From assembly GCA_000934665.2 (NCBI GenBank), contig JYFJ02001019.1, positions 62,001 through 95,332 on the forward strand: a stretch of 33,332 bases of DNA, written 5' to 3'. The stretch comes from Catajapyx aquilonaris. Lineage: Eukaryota. Positions within the stretch are counted from its first letter, which is position 1. The number at the start of each line of letters is the position of its first letter. Positions 9,301 through 20,067 of this stretch are shown piece by piece. Position numbers and translations under genes: made by a program. The notes beneath the pieces were generated by a model, which saw only the letters and a list, made by a program, of their open reading frames with translations, did not search any database and was not told the origin of the DNA.

Positions 9301-12300
9301 CATTATCATGAATGCCGAGGTAAGCTGAGCAGACCTCACACACTCGTAGCTTCTGCTGCTGGTAGCTGGACGCAGGCATAGAGTTTCTGTACTCCTGCTC
9401 AGCTGCAGCCTTCCTCTTCCTCAAATCCTCAATCTCCTCCATGAGCCGCATGCTCTCCTCAACATGTCCTTCAGCACCCAGCTGCTCGGCCCGGGCCAGC
9501 TTCTTCCCGATCTGCTCTGCCAGCTCATGCACCTTGTTGGCCTTCGCTGCCACCTCTGCAGACAACTCCTCTTGGGTTTCAGCCAGTCGCTTCTTGGCCA
9601 ATTCAGTGCGCCGGTCACAGTCAGCTATGAATGCCTGAAGGTGCTCCATTGCCTGATTAACGAAACACAGTGAAGTTGGTACTTTCCATGAACAGGCTTC
9701 ATGTGAAAATGCCCCTAACCAACACATCACCAGCATGGGCTAGTCCCAAGCAGTTAATGGAAACAAACTGACTATTCCAGAAATTGTTGTTTGAAAAAAA
9801 ACCGTCCCATTATCTGACATGCAGTGACACCATCCTAGGCGGTCCCAGGGGCTGATAAAATCAAGTTTTCTTATATCTGTAAAGGACACTTAGGTGCAGT
9901 GCCGGACAGGAATAGTGAAGTACCGGTGGTCACCAGTATTTCACCATTCCTGTCTGGCACTGCACATTACTTGCCATGTAAAATGCAACTTACCTTTTAA
10001 TAATTTAAGCACTATCCACCTTAGAATACTTGACCTTTCAGTACAGAATATTTGGTATGAAAAACAAACTGTGAATAAAATGTTCATTATTTAAAAACTT
10101 ATTTTGCATGGTTTTCTGTACAAAATAAACAAAATCATAAATCAAAATCATAAAAAGGCGCTCTCATGCTATACCGGAAGAGTACTGCACACACTACTGT
10201 ACAGTAGTACACTACTTTGTACAGTACCCTACCGGTATAGCATGAGAGTGCCTGCTTCAGTGCAACCCGCAAGGCTAAAAAGCCGTTCAACCCGGTTCAA
10301 CCCACTACTGCACCTGCCAGTCCGAGCCAGTCAATTCGAACAGAAAGGATGTGACTTCATGTCATACGGCCATCATAAATAAATTGATTACTGCAGTATT
10401 TCTAATTGTTTTATAAAACCAGCCGGGGTTGTCGCCACCTACGATTTTTCCCACGCCCTCCCCGTGACTCTGAAACACCCTGTATAATTAGTCGACAACA
10501 CTTCTGGCCAACTTCGACCTCATCACCTATCAGGAGTCAGCATTTTTTGATTGAGTCTTAAACCCTAATTTTTAAAGCACATGTCAATGTCTCCGGATAT
10601 TGTTACTCACATCTATGTCATAGTAGTAGTCCTTCTCACTGCTGGCCTGCTCATAGTCAGCTCTCAAAGCCAAGTCGTGGATCTTGGGACAGTCTCCTAG
10701 GTCCATGCGCTGCCAAGGGGTGGAATTACAACAACACATGGTACATGCATGCTATCAGACTTCACTGTTATGTTGTTTTTCAAGTCACTAACATCTTCTT
10801 GCAAGGAATAAGCACAGCCCAGTCTTTTATGAATTACATTTCACTATTATTCCAAGCCAAGAGTTTGCCTCCTGTACCGATATACAGTACAGCATGTAAC
10901 CAGAATAAGTTTGTTGTAGCAGGTGTCTTTCATGCTGCTTATAAGGCCAGGAGTGCACCAGCACAAGTTTTGCTTGAAACCAGCAATGGGGCAACCCATC
11001 CTGAGAGTGTCTAAACTCCTTTATTCTATGGTGCTCACACGCCAGATGTTTCGGCCAAAAAGTGAAGCACCTGACTTGATACTGATGTCAATACACACTG
11101 TAAAGTTATGCTCATGTGTGAAGTTCAGAATAAACTTTCCATATAAGGCTTACATAATTGTAATCTGAATTTTAACCTAAACTATCTACAACAATTAACA
11201 AAATATGCAATGGAGCCTGTGCTGATCACTATAATTACGTGGCCAAATAAATTCAGCTAAGTTTCCAATTCCAGCATTCTCTGGGTTGGTATTTTATCCC
11301 ATGATCGGCAACATAGTGACATGTGATGATGGGTAGCTTATTCCTTGATTCAACGACAGTTTGCTACTCTCAATCCCCTCTCCCACAACAACTGGAAATT
11401 AAATTTTAAGAACAAAGTATATGTATATAAAAAAAGACGAGGACACAAAGTGTGTTTGAAAATTCCATTAAAAAGGTGTCTGAATAAGTTTCAGTCAGGT
11501 AGAGCAGCAAGACTTGCCGTGCCTGAGTTTTGGGAGCAGAGCAGGCAGACACACACTCAAGCAGGGCAGACAGATATGGGGAGTGTAGGCTCTTTACAAT
11601 TGTTGGTAATGATTGTTCACAGATCCTACAACAAACATCTGGCTAGAAAAAATAAACCCAAATTTTTGAGCCAACTCCCTATCCCATCCCGGGCACAGAC
11701 ACCAAAATTTCCAATGTTCACCACATTGCCAACCATGATGCTGCATTTAAAACAATTCCGATGATAACTCCAGCAGAAGTTGCTCAACTCTTCATAAGTG
11801 GTCTTATAGAACTGTCACACAGACACTGTAGAATGTACATGATACTAGAAAGGGTTGTACTATTCAAGTTGGTAGAGAATCATCAGGTTGCTTTTCTTGC
11901 AGAGCATCTTGGTTGACCCACACGTTCCTGTCTTCCTTCCCCACCTCCCCATCCAACAAGCCCTTCCAATCTTCAAACACAACTTGAACTCTGTAATTGT
12001 GCAACTCACGGTCGGTACGTACCCACAACACGCCCGACACTCATTAACCGGTCCACTTCTCCATTAAGCGAAGGACGGTTTGCTCCTCATCATCATGAAT
12101 CCATTGTGTGATTTGGTCCTCACAGCCAACCTCCCCAACCATCCCAGATATACGTACCCAACAATGCTTCCCTCCTTTGGACAAACTCTCTCACTCAGTG
12201 TGCAAGACACTGGTACGTACCCATACACCTCTTGACTCTGCATACGTGTGCCTCTTCAAAACAAGCACTCACACTCTCTCTCACATTCATACATATGTAC

Positions 12301-15300
12301 AACACATTCACTACGTACCAATTATTTCTCTACCGCCTGTTTTGTGTCTTTAAAAATTAACATATCCAGATTCACTTGTAGAGTGACAAGGAGAATGACA
12401 CTCACAGCTTTCAATCATTCATCCCCACCCTTCTGAGTAATACATGAAAAGAAATATGAGGCCAGCCACATGAGTCCATCAAAAGCATTGAACAGAAAGA
12501 GGCGTGCAATTAATGTATGATTGCCATTATTCTTACTGGCCTCTGAACCAAGGTCTTCTGCAGAATCAGGTTAAATCTCAGCTTTGAAAAATGTATTAAT
12601 GGTTCCCTCCCACCACATACCCAACAGGCCATTTTCTTAGTATACGTTTCCATTTCACAATACTGTACTTACCAAATTTGGGACCCTTCATGAATCGATA
12701 ATCAGCAACCCCAAATAGAGAAGACTATTTTCTTTTTTCTTTGGCGTTAATATACGTACAAGTCCACGCCACGACCTATACTTACAGAATCTTTCCCACC
12801 CCAGACACAAACAAATTGACCACCAACTCTGAAAGAGGAGCCAAAATGTCAGACTTTCCAGGCTCATGACACATACCTCACCCCAACACACACTTTCAGC
12901 CCACACTGTTGCTCCTAATCCTCTGCTACCAACTCTCTCTCTCTGGTCATATCAGGAAACCTACATCAAATCTAGTCCCAATTCTGTACTCAAAGTAATG
13001 TAATACACTGAACCTGAATCAGATCTCGTTCGCAATAATTTCCCAACTACATGACAATTCACTCCCCTTGCAAAGTGATCAAATACCAAATCCCCACATT
13101 CATCAATTGTAGATTCCTATATAATCCATAATTCACAGACATGTATCAACTGAAGCGATCTACTATTGCATCCCTTTTGGATTGCATCAACTGCATGGAC
13201 TGCAAAATAATAGATTCCTCCTAGGCTAATTTTTGTTACAAGCCACTATAATTTTTAACAGACTTCATTGATAATGATATCAGTTACATAAAAAAGGGAC
13301 TCTGTTTAATCCTATTGTGATACTGCTAAATTTTACCTTTGAAATTCACACATACGTAATTTTAAATATTAAACTGCCAGTAATGCTAGCCACCTTCAAT
13401 AATTGGTTTCAATATGAGAGATGACAACTGATTTTTCAAGTAGTCGTGTATTGTTTGCTATGAGTTACAATTTTAATTCAATTATGCAACGCTGGTTGTA
13501 CTGTGTGATGCTCCTTCAAACGGGGTGACACAATGGGATATGGGAAACCAAACTTCTTTAAATGATAGTTTCAGTGAACAATCAGTGGTCTAAAATCAGT
13601 AATTTCTACCAATAATAATCGAAAAATTGAAATATCTTCCATGCTAGTCACACCAGTGCAGTGGCTATTTTAATTTTTTAAAAATTTCAAGCTGTAATTA
13701 CAGATTTTTGAAATACCGGAATTCATAGGACAAAACTACGCTTCTGCCTTGGATCTACAGGGTGGTCGGTAAATGGCGCACAAGCTTCAGGTAGCGAGAT
13801 TACTTGTGAAAAACCAGTACATGGTAGTGAAGGTCATATTGCTCTACGATGCCTGGTTAGGGTTCACAAGCTCTCCAAAGTTTGGACCAAATCATGATGT
13901 CACATCCGCCCGCGAAATTCAAACACTACCGTATCGCTGCCGTACGTGGTGTGTTGCTAGGCGTTGCCGTGTTGACACCCCCCACATTTCCATCCGACAA
14001 TGGAACGGTATAAACTTGCCGGGATGTTGCCAGGCATTGCCATACCTTCGTCGCCGCGTGCCTGGTAACATCCCTGCGAGTTTATACGGTTCCATTGTTG
14101 GGTGAACATGAGGGGGATGTCAACATGGCAACCCCTGGCAACGAACCACAGACAGTAGCAATATGGTAGTGTTTGAATTTCGCGGGTGGATGTGATGTCA
14201 TGATTTGGCCCAAACTTTGGAGGCCTCGTGAGCCCTAACCAATATGACCTTCACTTCCATATACTGGTTTTTCACAAGGTATCTCGCTACCTGAAGCTTG
14301 TGCGCCATTTACCGACCACCCTGTATATTTTTTAAAAATCTCCACTAAAAATTATCATGCTCCACCAAAAGAAGCACACCTTTGAAATTTATTTATGAAC
14401 CCTTCACGAACCACAAAATGAAACAAAATGCGCCATATCATTCTCCCGCAAAAATATTAATGTACATGTGTGGGCTTGAAAAGATGAGTGCAAGAGGTTG
14501 GTGCAGGGTAGGCTCCAATCGAATTATTATTCTCCAGGCATAAGCCTGAAGTTTTGATATGTTCCAGGGTCAAAGTGTCAACTTACCGTTGAGGACAGGA
14601 TCTCATGTGGGCAGCATCCCAGCAGAAAGCTCTTGCACACACGTGGATCAGAAAACTTCACCTGAAACCGGTTGTTCTCTCCTGAAATTGAAAAACAATT
14701 TAGCTCCATTGCATTGCTCTAAATATTACAGCCTAACTCACTCACACTATCAATTTAAATCCTAATGGAATTAGTGTTTTCATCTCCATTAATAAGTAAA
14801 ATGCATTCATAAAAACCTGTATATTCCTTTATGCCAAATAACCCTACCAGACATCCTGAGCATGAACCTGGCTAGCACATTATTCTGACTGCTTCAAGTG
14901 CAAGCAACAATGCTGACAAAATTCAGTCTCAAAGCGCGTACGCTATTCTCCCCTGTCTTAACTTAATTATGCCTACCCTATCCTAATGCAACAAGCATAT
15001 TAAAGGTGGTTTACTACCCACCTGTTGTTATTTCAAATCTGTGCCATGTCACAGTTTCTTGTATTGGCAGCATGATCAGTAAATACCGGCATTTCCAACC
15101 CTTATTCCCTTCCCTCAACACGTTCCAGAGCATAATTTATATTGAGCTAATATTGCAACTAGAGCATTACATCAATTCTACGATTGGCCTGGGCTATACG
15201 TATATAACACCTTGGAGGGTGAGCTCACAAGTGCATCAGTGTCTGCTTAGCCTGAAAATTAATTCTCAAGTCCCTACTTGAAAGCAAGAGGTAAAACCTG

Positions 15301-18012
15301 GGGCCAAACCTTTGAGGCGAGGGTTCAGATAGCAATGTGAATTTTAACACAGTCCTACATACACATGGCCTGGCAGGGTTGAACCAAAATGTCGGAGTCG
15401 AGTCCGGATTTTTAGTCGCGACAAAACCCTGAAATAGGCACTTAAGAGCACTCTCTAGGCTCGGCAACCCATTGTTGCGGGGAGCCCGTCGCGGCCCGGC
15501 CCGTGAGTTTGACACTTCTTCCTCTCACTGTCACGGTCGCAAATATGGAGGTATCGGCATGAAACTGGAGTATCTGGACGCAAAAGAGTTGCACTTTGAG
15601 ATGGTGGGTTTATTTTTCTCCCGGGGCGATATTTGCGGTCGCCGCGGCCAGGTACAGTTTTTTTATTTTGACCCGCAATCACTCCTTTCCATGTCGGTAC
15701 CAGTGAGATTCGAGACCATCACGAGGTTTTTACGCCGAATTACCGTAAGTGTGTGAAAGGGCACGAGTGTGGCAGTCTTGGTTTGGCCAAACTTTGGGAC
15801 GAAAAATACCCCATGAACAATAAGAACTCGCACGAAGAACGCGACGATCTGGCAGCGCCGCGCTGACTGCCAGCTCCGTAACCACGGCGACGGGGATAAG
15901 GTAGAGCGCTAATTATTAGAATTAGGGGCCTAGTCTAGTGACCCAGGGTAAGCTTGCCCAGGGGCAATCACCATGGAAGCATATGAAAAAGGATAGCAGT
16001 AAACAACCAGTTACCCCAGGGGGCAAGCTACCCCGGGTCACCAGACTATATACCTTAATGGCTGGCCACTGGCGGCGATCGAGTCATGTACCAAGATGGT
16101 AGCGCCTTACCTAGCGGCCAATTCTGAAACATTTGGGTCGACTCCGATTGACTGGAGTAGAACAGGAGGCATTTAAGACTCCAGCCAATTGGAGTGGACC
16201 AACATGGTTCAGAATTGACTGCTAGGTAATACCATCTTGGTACATGACTCGATCGCCGTGGCCACCACCCCTTGGTAGGGGAGAACAGCTAAGCTCACAG
16301 GTGTAGCAATGTATAATGTATACAAGTGACTGGGGCTGCTCTGAACTCTACCACTTACAGCGCATTTCCACTTGCACAGTTTGTTACCAAATATTTTCTA
16401 GATTATCCTCTGATTGGAACCACCTTCCGGCTCATACGTGTCACAGCAACATGATTCGTATTACTTCTTAACCATTTTGATCCTTTCAAAAGCACATAAA
16501 ATAGTCTGCAAAAACACCAAACATACCTCTGAAGGAATAGGTCTGGAATAGGCCCAAAAAGTCTCGGAAATTGCTTCAGAAAGTTCAAAAACAACACCAC
16601 CACCATCACGACATTACCCTATAAGGGGTAGTCAGCAATGAAGGGAGACACTAGTTAACCCCACATATTAACTAAATTAAAACTTGTCAAAATAAAACTA
16701 TAAACTACCTGTCCCATCCCCTCCCTCTATACCTCCATCCTCCTCTATTTCTCTTCCATGAACTTTTTCCATGGTGACATGGAAAAAGTTCAAAAACCAT
16801 CCCAAAATAGGCATGAAACGGCTCAAAATGCTAGAATTGGCAGAATAGTTCCTAAAACCATAAAATAGGCAATTTGAGGCACTATAAAACATACACTTTC
16901 CACATCCTGCACTTATGAACTACAGTAAAACTTCTACAGAAGATTCGAGTTAGAGAAGTTTGGATTTTTTAAAACACACAACTCTATAAGGAAGCCTGCC
17001 TTTATATCCAGCGACGAAAGGTGTTCAATAGTTAGAAATAACCATCATGTAACACTTACAATGTTTCTCGTTGATTTGTTGTTAAAAAAAACTCAGTTAC
17101 GGACATTTGCCTACTCTTAGATTCAAGAATTCAATTGTCACAATCGAGTCAAACACTTCTTTCGGTACGTCTGGTAGATGGAGATCAGGAAATTGAACCT
17201 TTCTGTACATGTGGCCTACTCTCTATACCCTTTGGCTGGGAAATGAGAAAATTTTCCGTACTCGCCAACATGAACTTCGACTTAGGGAGACTGAAAATGC
17301 ATTGAAATCCCATCATAAGGACCTTCCAGCACTTATGGAAATTCGAGTTAGGGAAGTTTATTTCCTGTTATTTTACATTGTGAGCAACCAAGCTCATCAT
17401 TTTCTTCAACTTATAGAGAACTTCCAACTTGGGGAAGTTCGACTTGCAGAAGTTTTACTGTACATATATCTCTTCACAAAACCATCCCAACTGCAAAGGA
17501 ACTAAATAGGCATTTGCCTAAAAATCCGGACTTTAGTCGTGAGCAACAAACACGTCTTTTTGCATGAACTACTGTAAGAGTTATAGCTAATTTACAACGG
17601 CAAATCTCCTTTGGATGGATACTATTCCGTGGACATCCATTCTGCTTGCTACTAATTTGGAGCATTAAATTCAATGCAGGTTGCACTTTACAAGTAATTT
17701 CACCATAGGCAATAAAATTCAAATTGAATCCAAAGCAAATAGAATTCCGTAACATATAGGGCAACATTCCTACAAATGCAATTAAAATTAAACTACGCGT
17801 GCAAATGAGAAGGCAATGGTTAAGTGAGGGTTGGTCTCAACGAACCATGTGGCACCGTACATACAAATGTATCAACACTGCCCATACGAGGCCCCTCCCG
17901 CTAGGCCTAGTTGGGAAAGGCAGTGATATGTAAGTGTTCGATCCCACGTACCGTTCCGGCCCGTGCCCATGAGCTGGTCAAGCATAGCCCTGATCTGGTC
18001 GTGGGCCGACAT
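6183..18012 (-). CDS. LUC7L: Luc7-like U1 snRNP protein (LUC7L/LUC7L2 type), 375 aa; complement(join(6183..6321,7121..7422,9221..9652,10611..10709,14587..14681,17952..18012))
   Basis: The spliced frame (1128 nt) reads MSAHDQIRAMLDQLMGTGRNG-ENNRFQVKFSDPRVCKSFLLGCCPHEILSST-RMDLGDCPKIHDLALRADYE...KLRVCEVCSAYLGIHDNDRRLADHFGGKLHLGF...RS domain. Both LUC7 zinc fingers are present and all introns are GT-AG. Confidence 0.96.
6497..6707. mobile_element. hAT (Charlie-like) MITE
   Basis: TIR cactggttcccaaact / agtttgggaaccactg; perfect 8-bp TSD gcctataa (6489-6496, 6708-6715). Confidence 0.88.
7121..7422 (-). CDS. LUC7L: LUC7 coding exon 5 (G-rich and RS region)
   Basis: Acceptor ctctttgcttgcAG, donor TAG/GTTTGT; KNVEERRRKK...RSRSRSP. 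Confidence 0.88.
7528..7699. mobile_element. hAT MITE
   Basis: TIR cagcgtttctcaac / gttgagaaacgctg; 8-bp TSD ctctacca / ctctagca. Confidence 0.85.
7761..8822. mobile_element. Palindromic mariner-derived element (host of 8258-8747)
   Basis: TIR caagggcgaatcagaaagtaattgaaaac / gttttcaattaccttctgattcgccctcg, TA flanks; ~230-bp arms are complementary once the inner insertion is removed. Confidence 0.85.
8258..8747. mobile_element. Tc1/mariner-type palindromic MITE nested in 7761-8822
   Basis: TIR cagggtgtatcagaagtc / gacttctgatacaccctg; TA duplication; long complementary arms. Confidence 0.88.
9221..9652 (-). CDS. LUC7L: LUC7 coding exon 4 (coiled coil and second zinc finger)
   Basis: Lies inside ORF 9191..9736; acceptor ttcgttaatcAG, donor CAG/GTGAGT; 432 nt. 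Confidence 0.95.
9891..10316. mobile_element. Possible degenerate DNA-transposon MITE
   Basis: Short inverted ends aggtgcagt / actgcacct; no convincing TSD. Confidence 0.35.
10611..10709 (-). CDS. LUC7L: LUC7 coding exon 3
   Basis: Acceptor ccccttggcAG, donor GAT/GTGAGT; 99 nt; RMDLGDCPKIHDLALRADYEQASSEKDYYYDID. Confidence 0.93.
12004..12876 (-). promoter_or_regulatory. Cluster of 12 5'-splice-site-like hexamers in LUC7 intron 2 (putative splicing-regulatory/decoy array)
   Basis: Sense-strand GTGAGT/GTAAGT/GTACGT/GTATGT with the G of GT at 12876, 12785, 12759, 12672, 12620, 12405, 12318, 12272, 12220, 12157, 12022 and 12009. Confidence 0.65.
13758..14323. mobile_element. Tc1/mariner-type palindromic MITE
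   Basis: Perfect ~43-bp TIR cagggtggtcggtaaatggcgcacaagcttcaggtagcgagat; TA flanks; the whole element folds back imperfectly. Confidence 0.92.
14587..14681 (-). CDS. LUC7L: LUC7 coding exon 2
   Basis: Acceptor tttttcaatttcAG, donor ACG/GTAAGT; 95 nt; VCKSFLLGCCPH. Confidence 0.93.
15931..16048. mobile_element. Small MITE / inverted repeat
   Basis: Arms tagtctagtgacccagggtaagcttgccc / gggcaagctaccccgggtcaccagacta. Confidence 0.7.
16063..16264. repeat. ~200-bp foldback palindrome (MITE-like)
   Basis: cggcgatcgagtcatgtaccaagatggta / taccatcttggtacatgactcgatcgccg; complementarity continues to a short central spacer near 16160-16175. Confidence 0.8.
16593..16784 (-). mobile_element. Very short 3'-end retrocopy related to the RTE element at 18934
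   Basis: ~16600-16714 matches ~18943-19055; 13-bp TSD aaagttcaaaaac (16580-16592, 16785-16797). Confidence 0.75.
16923..17460. mobile_element. pogo/Tigger-type MITE
   Basis: TIR cagtaaaacttct / agaagttttactg with TA flanks; internal repeats of ttcgagttag(a/g)gaag. Confidence 0.8.
17952..18012 (-). CDS. LUC7L: LUC7 coding exon 1
   Basis: gcagccATG start; MSAHDQIRAMLDQLMGTGRN; donor ACG/GTACGT; 61 nt. Confidence 0.93.
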
Positions 18013-18350
18013 GGCTGCTCTCTCTCCCGATCCAGACAGCCAAAAACCCAAAGAGAAGAAGAACCGGGGACGGGGATCGACAAGCCTTCTTCTCCCAGCA
18101 GCTATCGCCGAACGGACGGACTGGTTGGTGGGACTGGACTGGGAGACAGAGACGCTGGTGACGTCACAAACCAACCCTCCCCAACGATTTGGCAAATGGA
18201 ACGAACAGAGACTGTTTGTAAAAAGCAGGAGCGAAATCAGACAGAAATGCTCTACTCAGGCCGGTAGAGGGAGGCCATGGAGAAGCTTTGCCATGGAGCT
18301 TCGGAGAGAAGCGACGAGAGGGCGTGCGCTGCTCTGCTGGAGATGAAATT
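18013..18350 (-). promoter_or_regulatory. LUC7 5'UTR/promoter, CpG-rich, with palindromic CRE-like site GTGACGTCAC (18158-18167)
   Basis: GC/CpG-rich segment directly upstream of the ATG; contains a perfect TGACGTCA motif. The transcription start cannot be determined. Confidence 0.45.
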
Positions 18351-19443
18351 ATGAATTTTTTCAGGGCTAATAATTATTAGCTCTTGATATTACCAGGTTA
18401 TATTACAGGTTACAAGCGAAGGCTTATTACTTCGAGCAAGTGTAACGAGTCTTTCTAAACGGGGTCATAGGAGGAGGAGGGATACCGGTATTCATATTAT
18501 TGATTACGTAAGAGCGCGTAAGAGATGTGCACTCTAACTCGGTTAGAGTATTGCCAATCATACCATATAATTTTCACACAAACTTATCATACAGTCCAAC
18601 AACATTTTTACTAATTCTCTGGCTAGTAAAAAGTGGGACTGGCTGTAGAGAATTTGCAACTATCTTGTCATTTAAAATGGTCACAGAGAGAGCTAACTTG
18701 TCAGAATTGTAATTTGAATTTTTTTGTGACATGATGTTGTGTACAACCTGTTCACTAGAACTTATATTTAATGTAATAAATTCTTGCTCCAAGCTGGTTA
18801 CACAATGTGGCAATATCTCAAATGGGATATGAAAATGGGGAATCATGGATAAGCACACACTGATTCTAGTAAAAGTTATGGTAGAGAACAATATGTGACT
18901 CAAAAAATTGGCCATCATTTGCCACAGTTATAACAACAAACAACACCATCACAACACTTCCCTGTAAGGGGTAGTCAGCGATGAAAGGAGATGCAAGTTA
19001 CCCTCACATATGAACTAAATTAAATCTTGTTAAAATAAAACTTAACTACCTGTCCACATCACACACCTGCCCATCTCAGATGACGGACAAGGTGACAGGT
19101 ACCCTGAGCCACAATGTGCTGGCCAGCAGGATATCCTGTCCGACCACTCCGACACCCTGGTCCCTCTGTCTACTTCACTCCCATCCTAAGTTAAGGCATG
19201 CAGGCCCTACTCCGCCGTGTACCGAGCGCCCACCCACCCGATCCTGCAGCCGCCTGGTGTGTAATTGTCTGCATGATGAATGCTACTGTCATCTCCCGTG
19301 TGCCTCCCTCCTCCTCCATTAGTCACCCACATTAACTAACCTAAGCCATTTACATCTATCCAAACAAACAACCTTAGCCTCAGCCACGACAATGGTCCTC
19401 TTGACACATGAACGTCTAGGCTTAACACTCGCAACACCCTTAA

Positions 19444-19685
19444 CCCTTAACTATACTTAGATGGAGCCTCAGCGGCTCCAACCACCATTTAAACGTGATG
19501 TAACTTGTTAATAAAGCCATAAACAAGGCCCGTTTTTCTGTCGAAATATGCTGACTCAGTCAGCATGTGATTTTCACGTCTTCGGAAGCCTATATAAATT
19601 ATCTGAACTGCACTTTCTGTATGTGAAAAGCCCAATATAACAATTTAGCTGATAAGCAGAGATTTAAATATACCAGTGGTGCTGC
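19444..19685. mobile_element. Possible piggyBac-like end fragment interrupting the RTE ORF
   Basis: Begins TTAA-CCCTTAA where RTE coding similarity stops; no matching right end found. Confidence 0.35.
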
Positions 19686-20067
19686 TCAGGCTCTACCTGG
19701 TCCAACCATGTCTTCCTAGGCCTAAACCCTTGCCCATCTTACCAGCGACTCCACCCAAATAAACCTTCTTCACAATCTCCTCCTCCTTCATCCTCTCTAC
19801 ATGGCCAAACCACCTTACAGTAGACATACATACCTTATCTTTAAGCTTTAACAGTCTCTGTAACATTACACCTCTGCAAAATCTCCTCATTCCTAAATCC
19901 TCCGACTTGGTAACCCCACAAACAGCCCGGAGATAACGGATCTCTGTAGCCAACACCCTACTCTTATGCCTATCTGACCAAACCCACGCCTCACTACCAT
20001 ACATAAGTGAAGGAGCAATAACGTGAGAATAGAAAGACAACCTATATAGGCAGAAGATAAGTCCTTA

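Larger units (their letters stand above)
15398..17535. mobile_element. hAT-like element fragmented by several nested insertions
   Basis: Inverted ends agtccggatttttag / ctaaaaatccggact; flanks gtcggag / gtcgtgag resemble a TSD; the motif aaataggca recurs at ~15432, 16805, 16863 and 17504. Confidence 0.55.

Noticed and set aside
11345..11764. 139-aa plus-strand ORF in LUC7 intron 2
   Set aside because: Non-ATG start, no recognisable domain or splice context; likely a chance antisense ORF.
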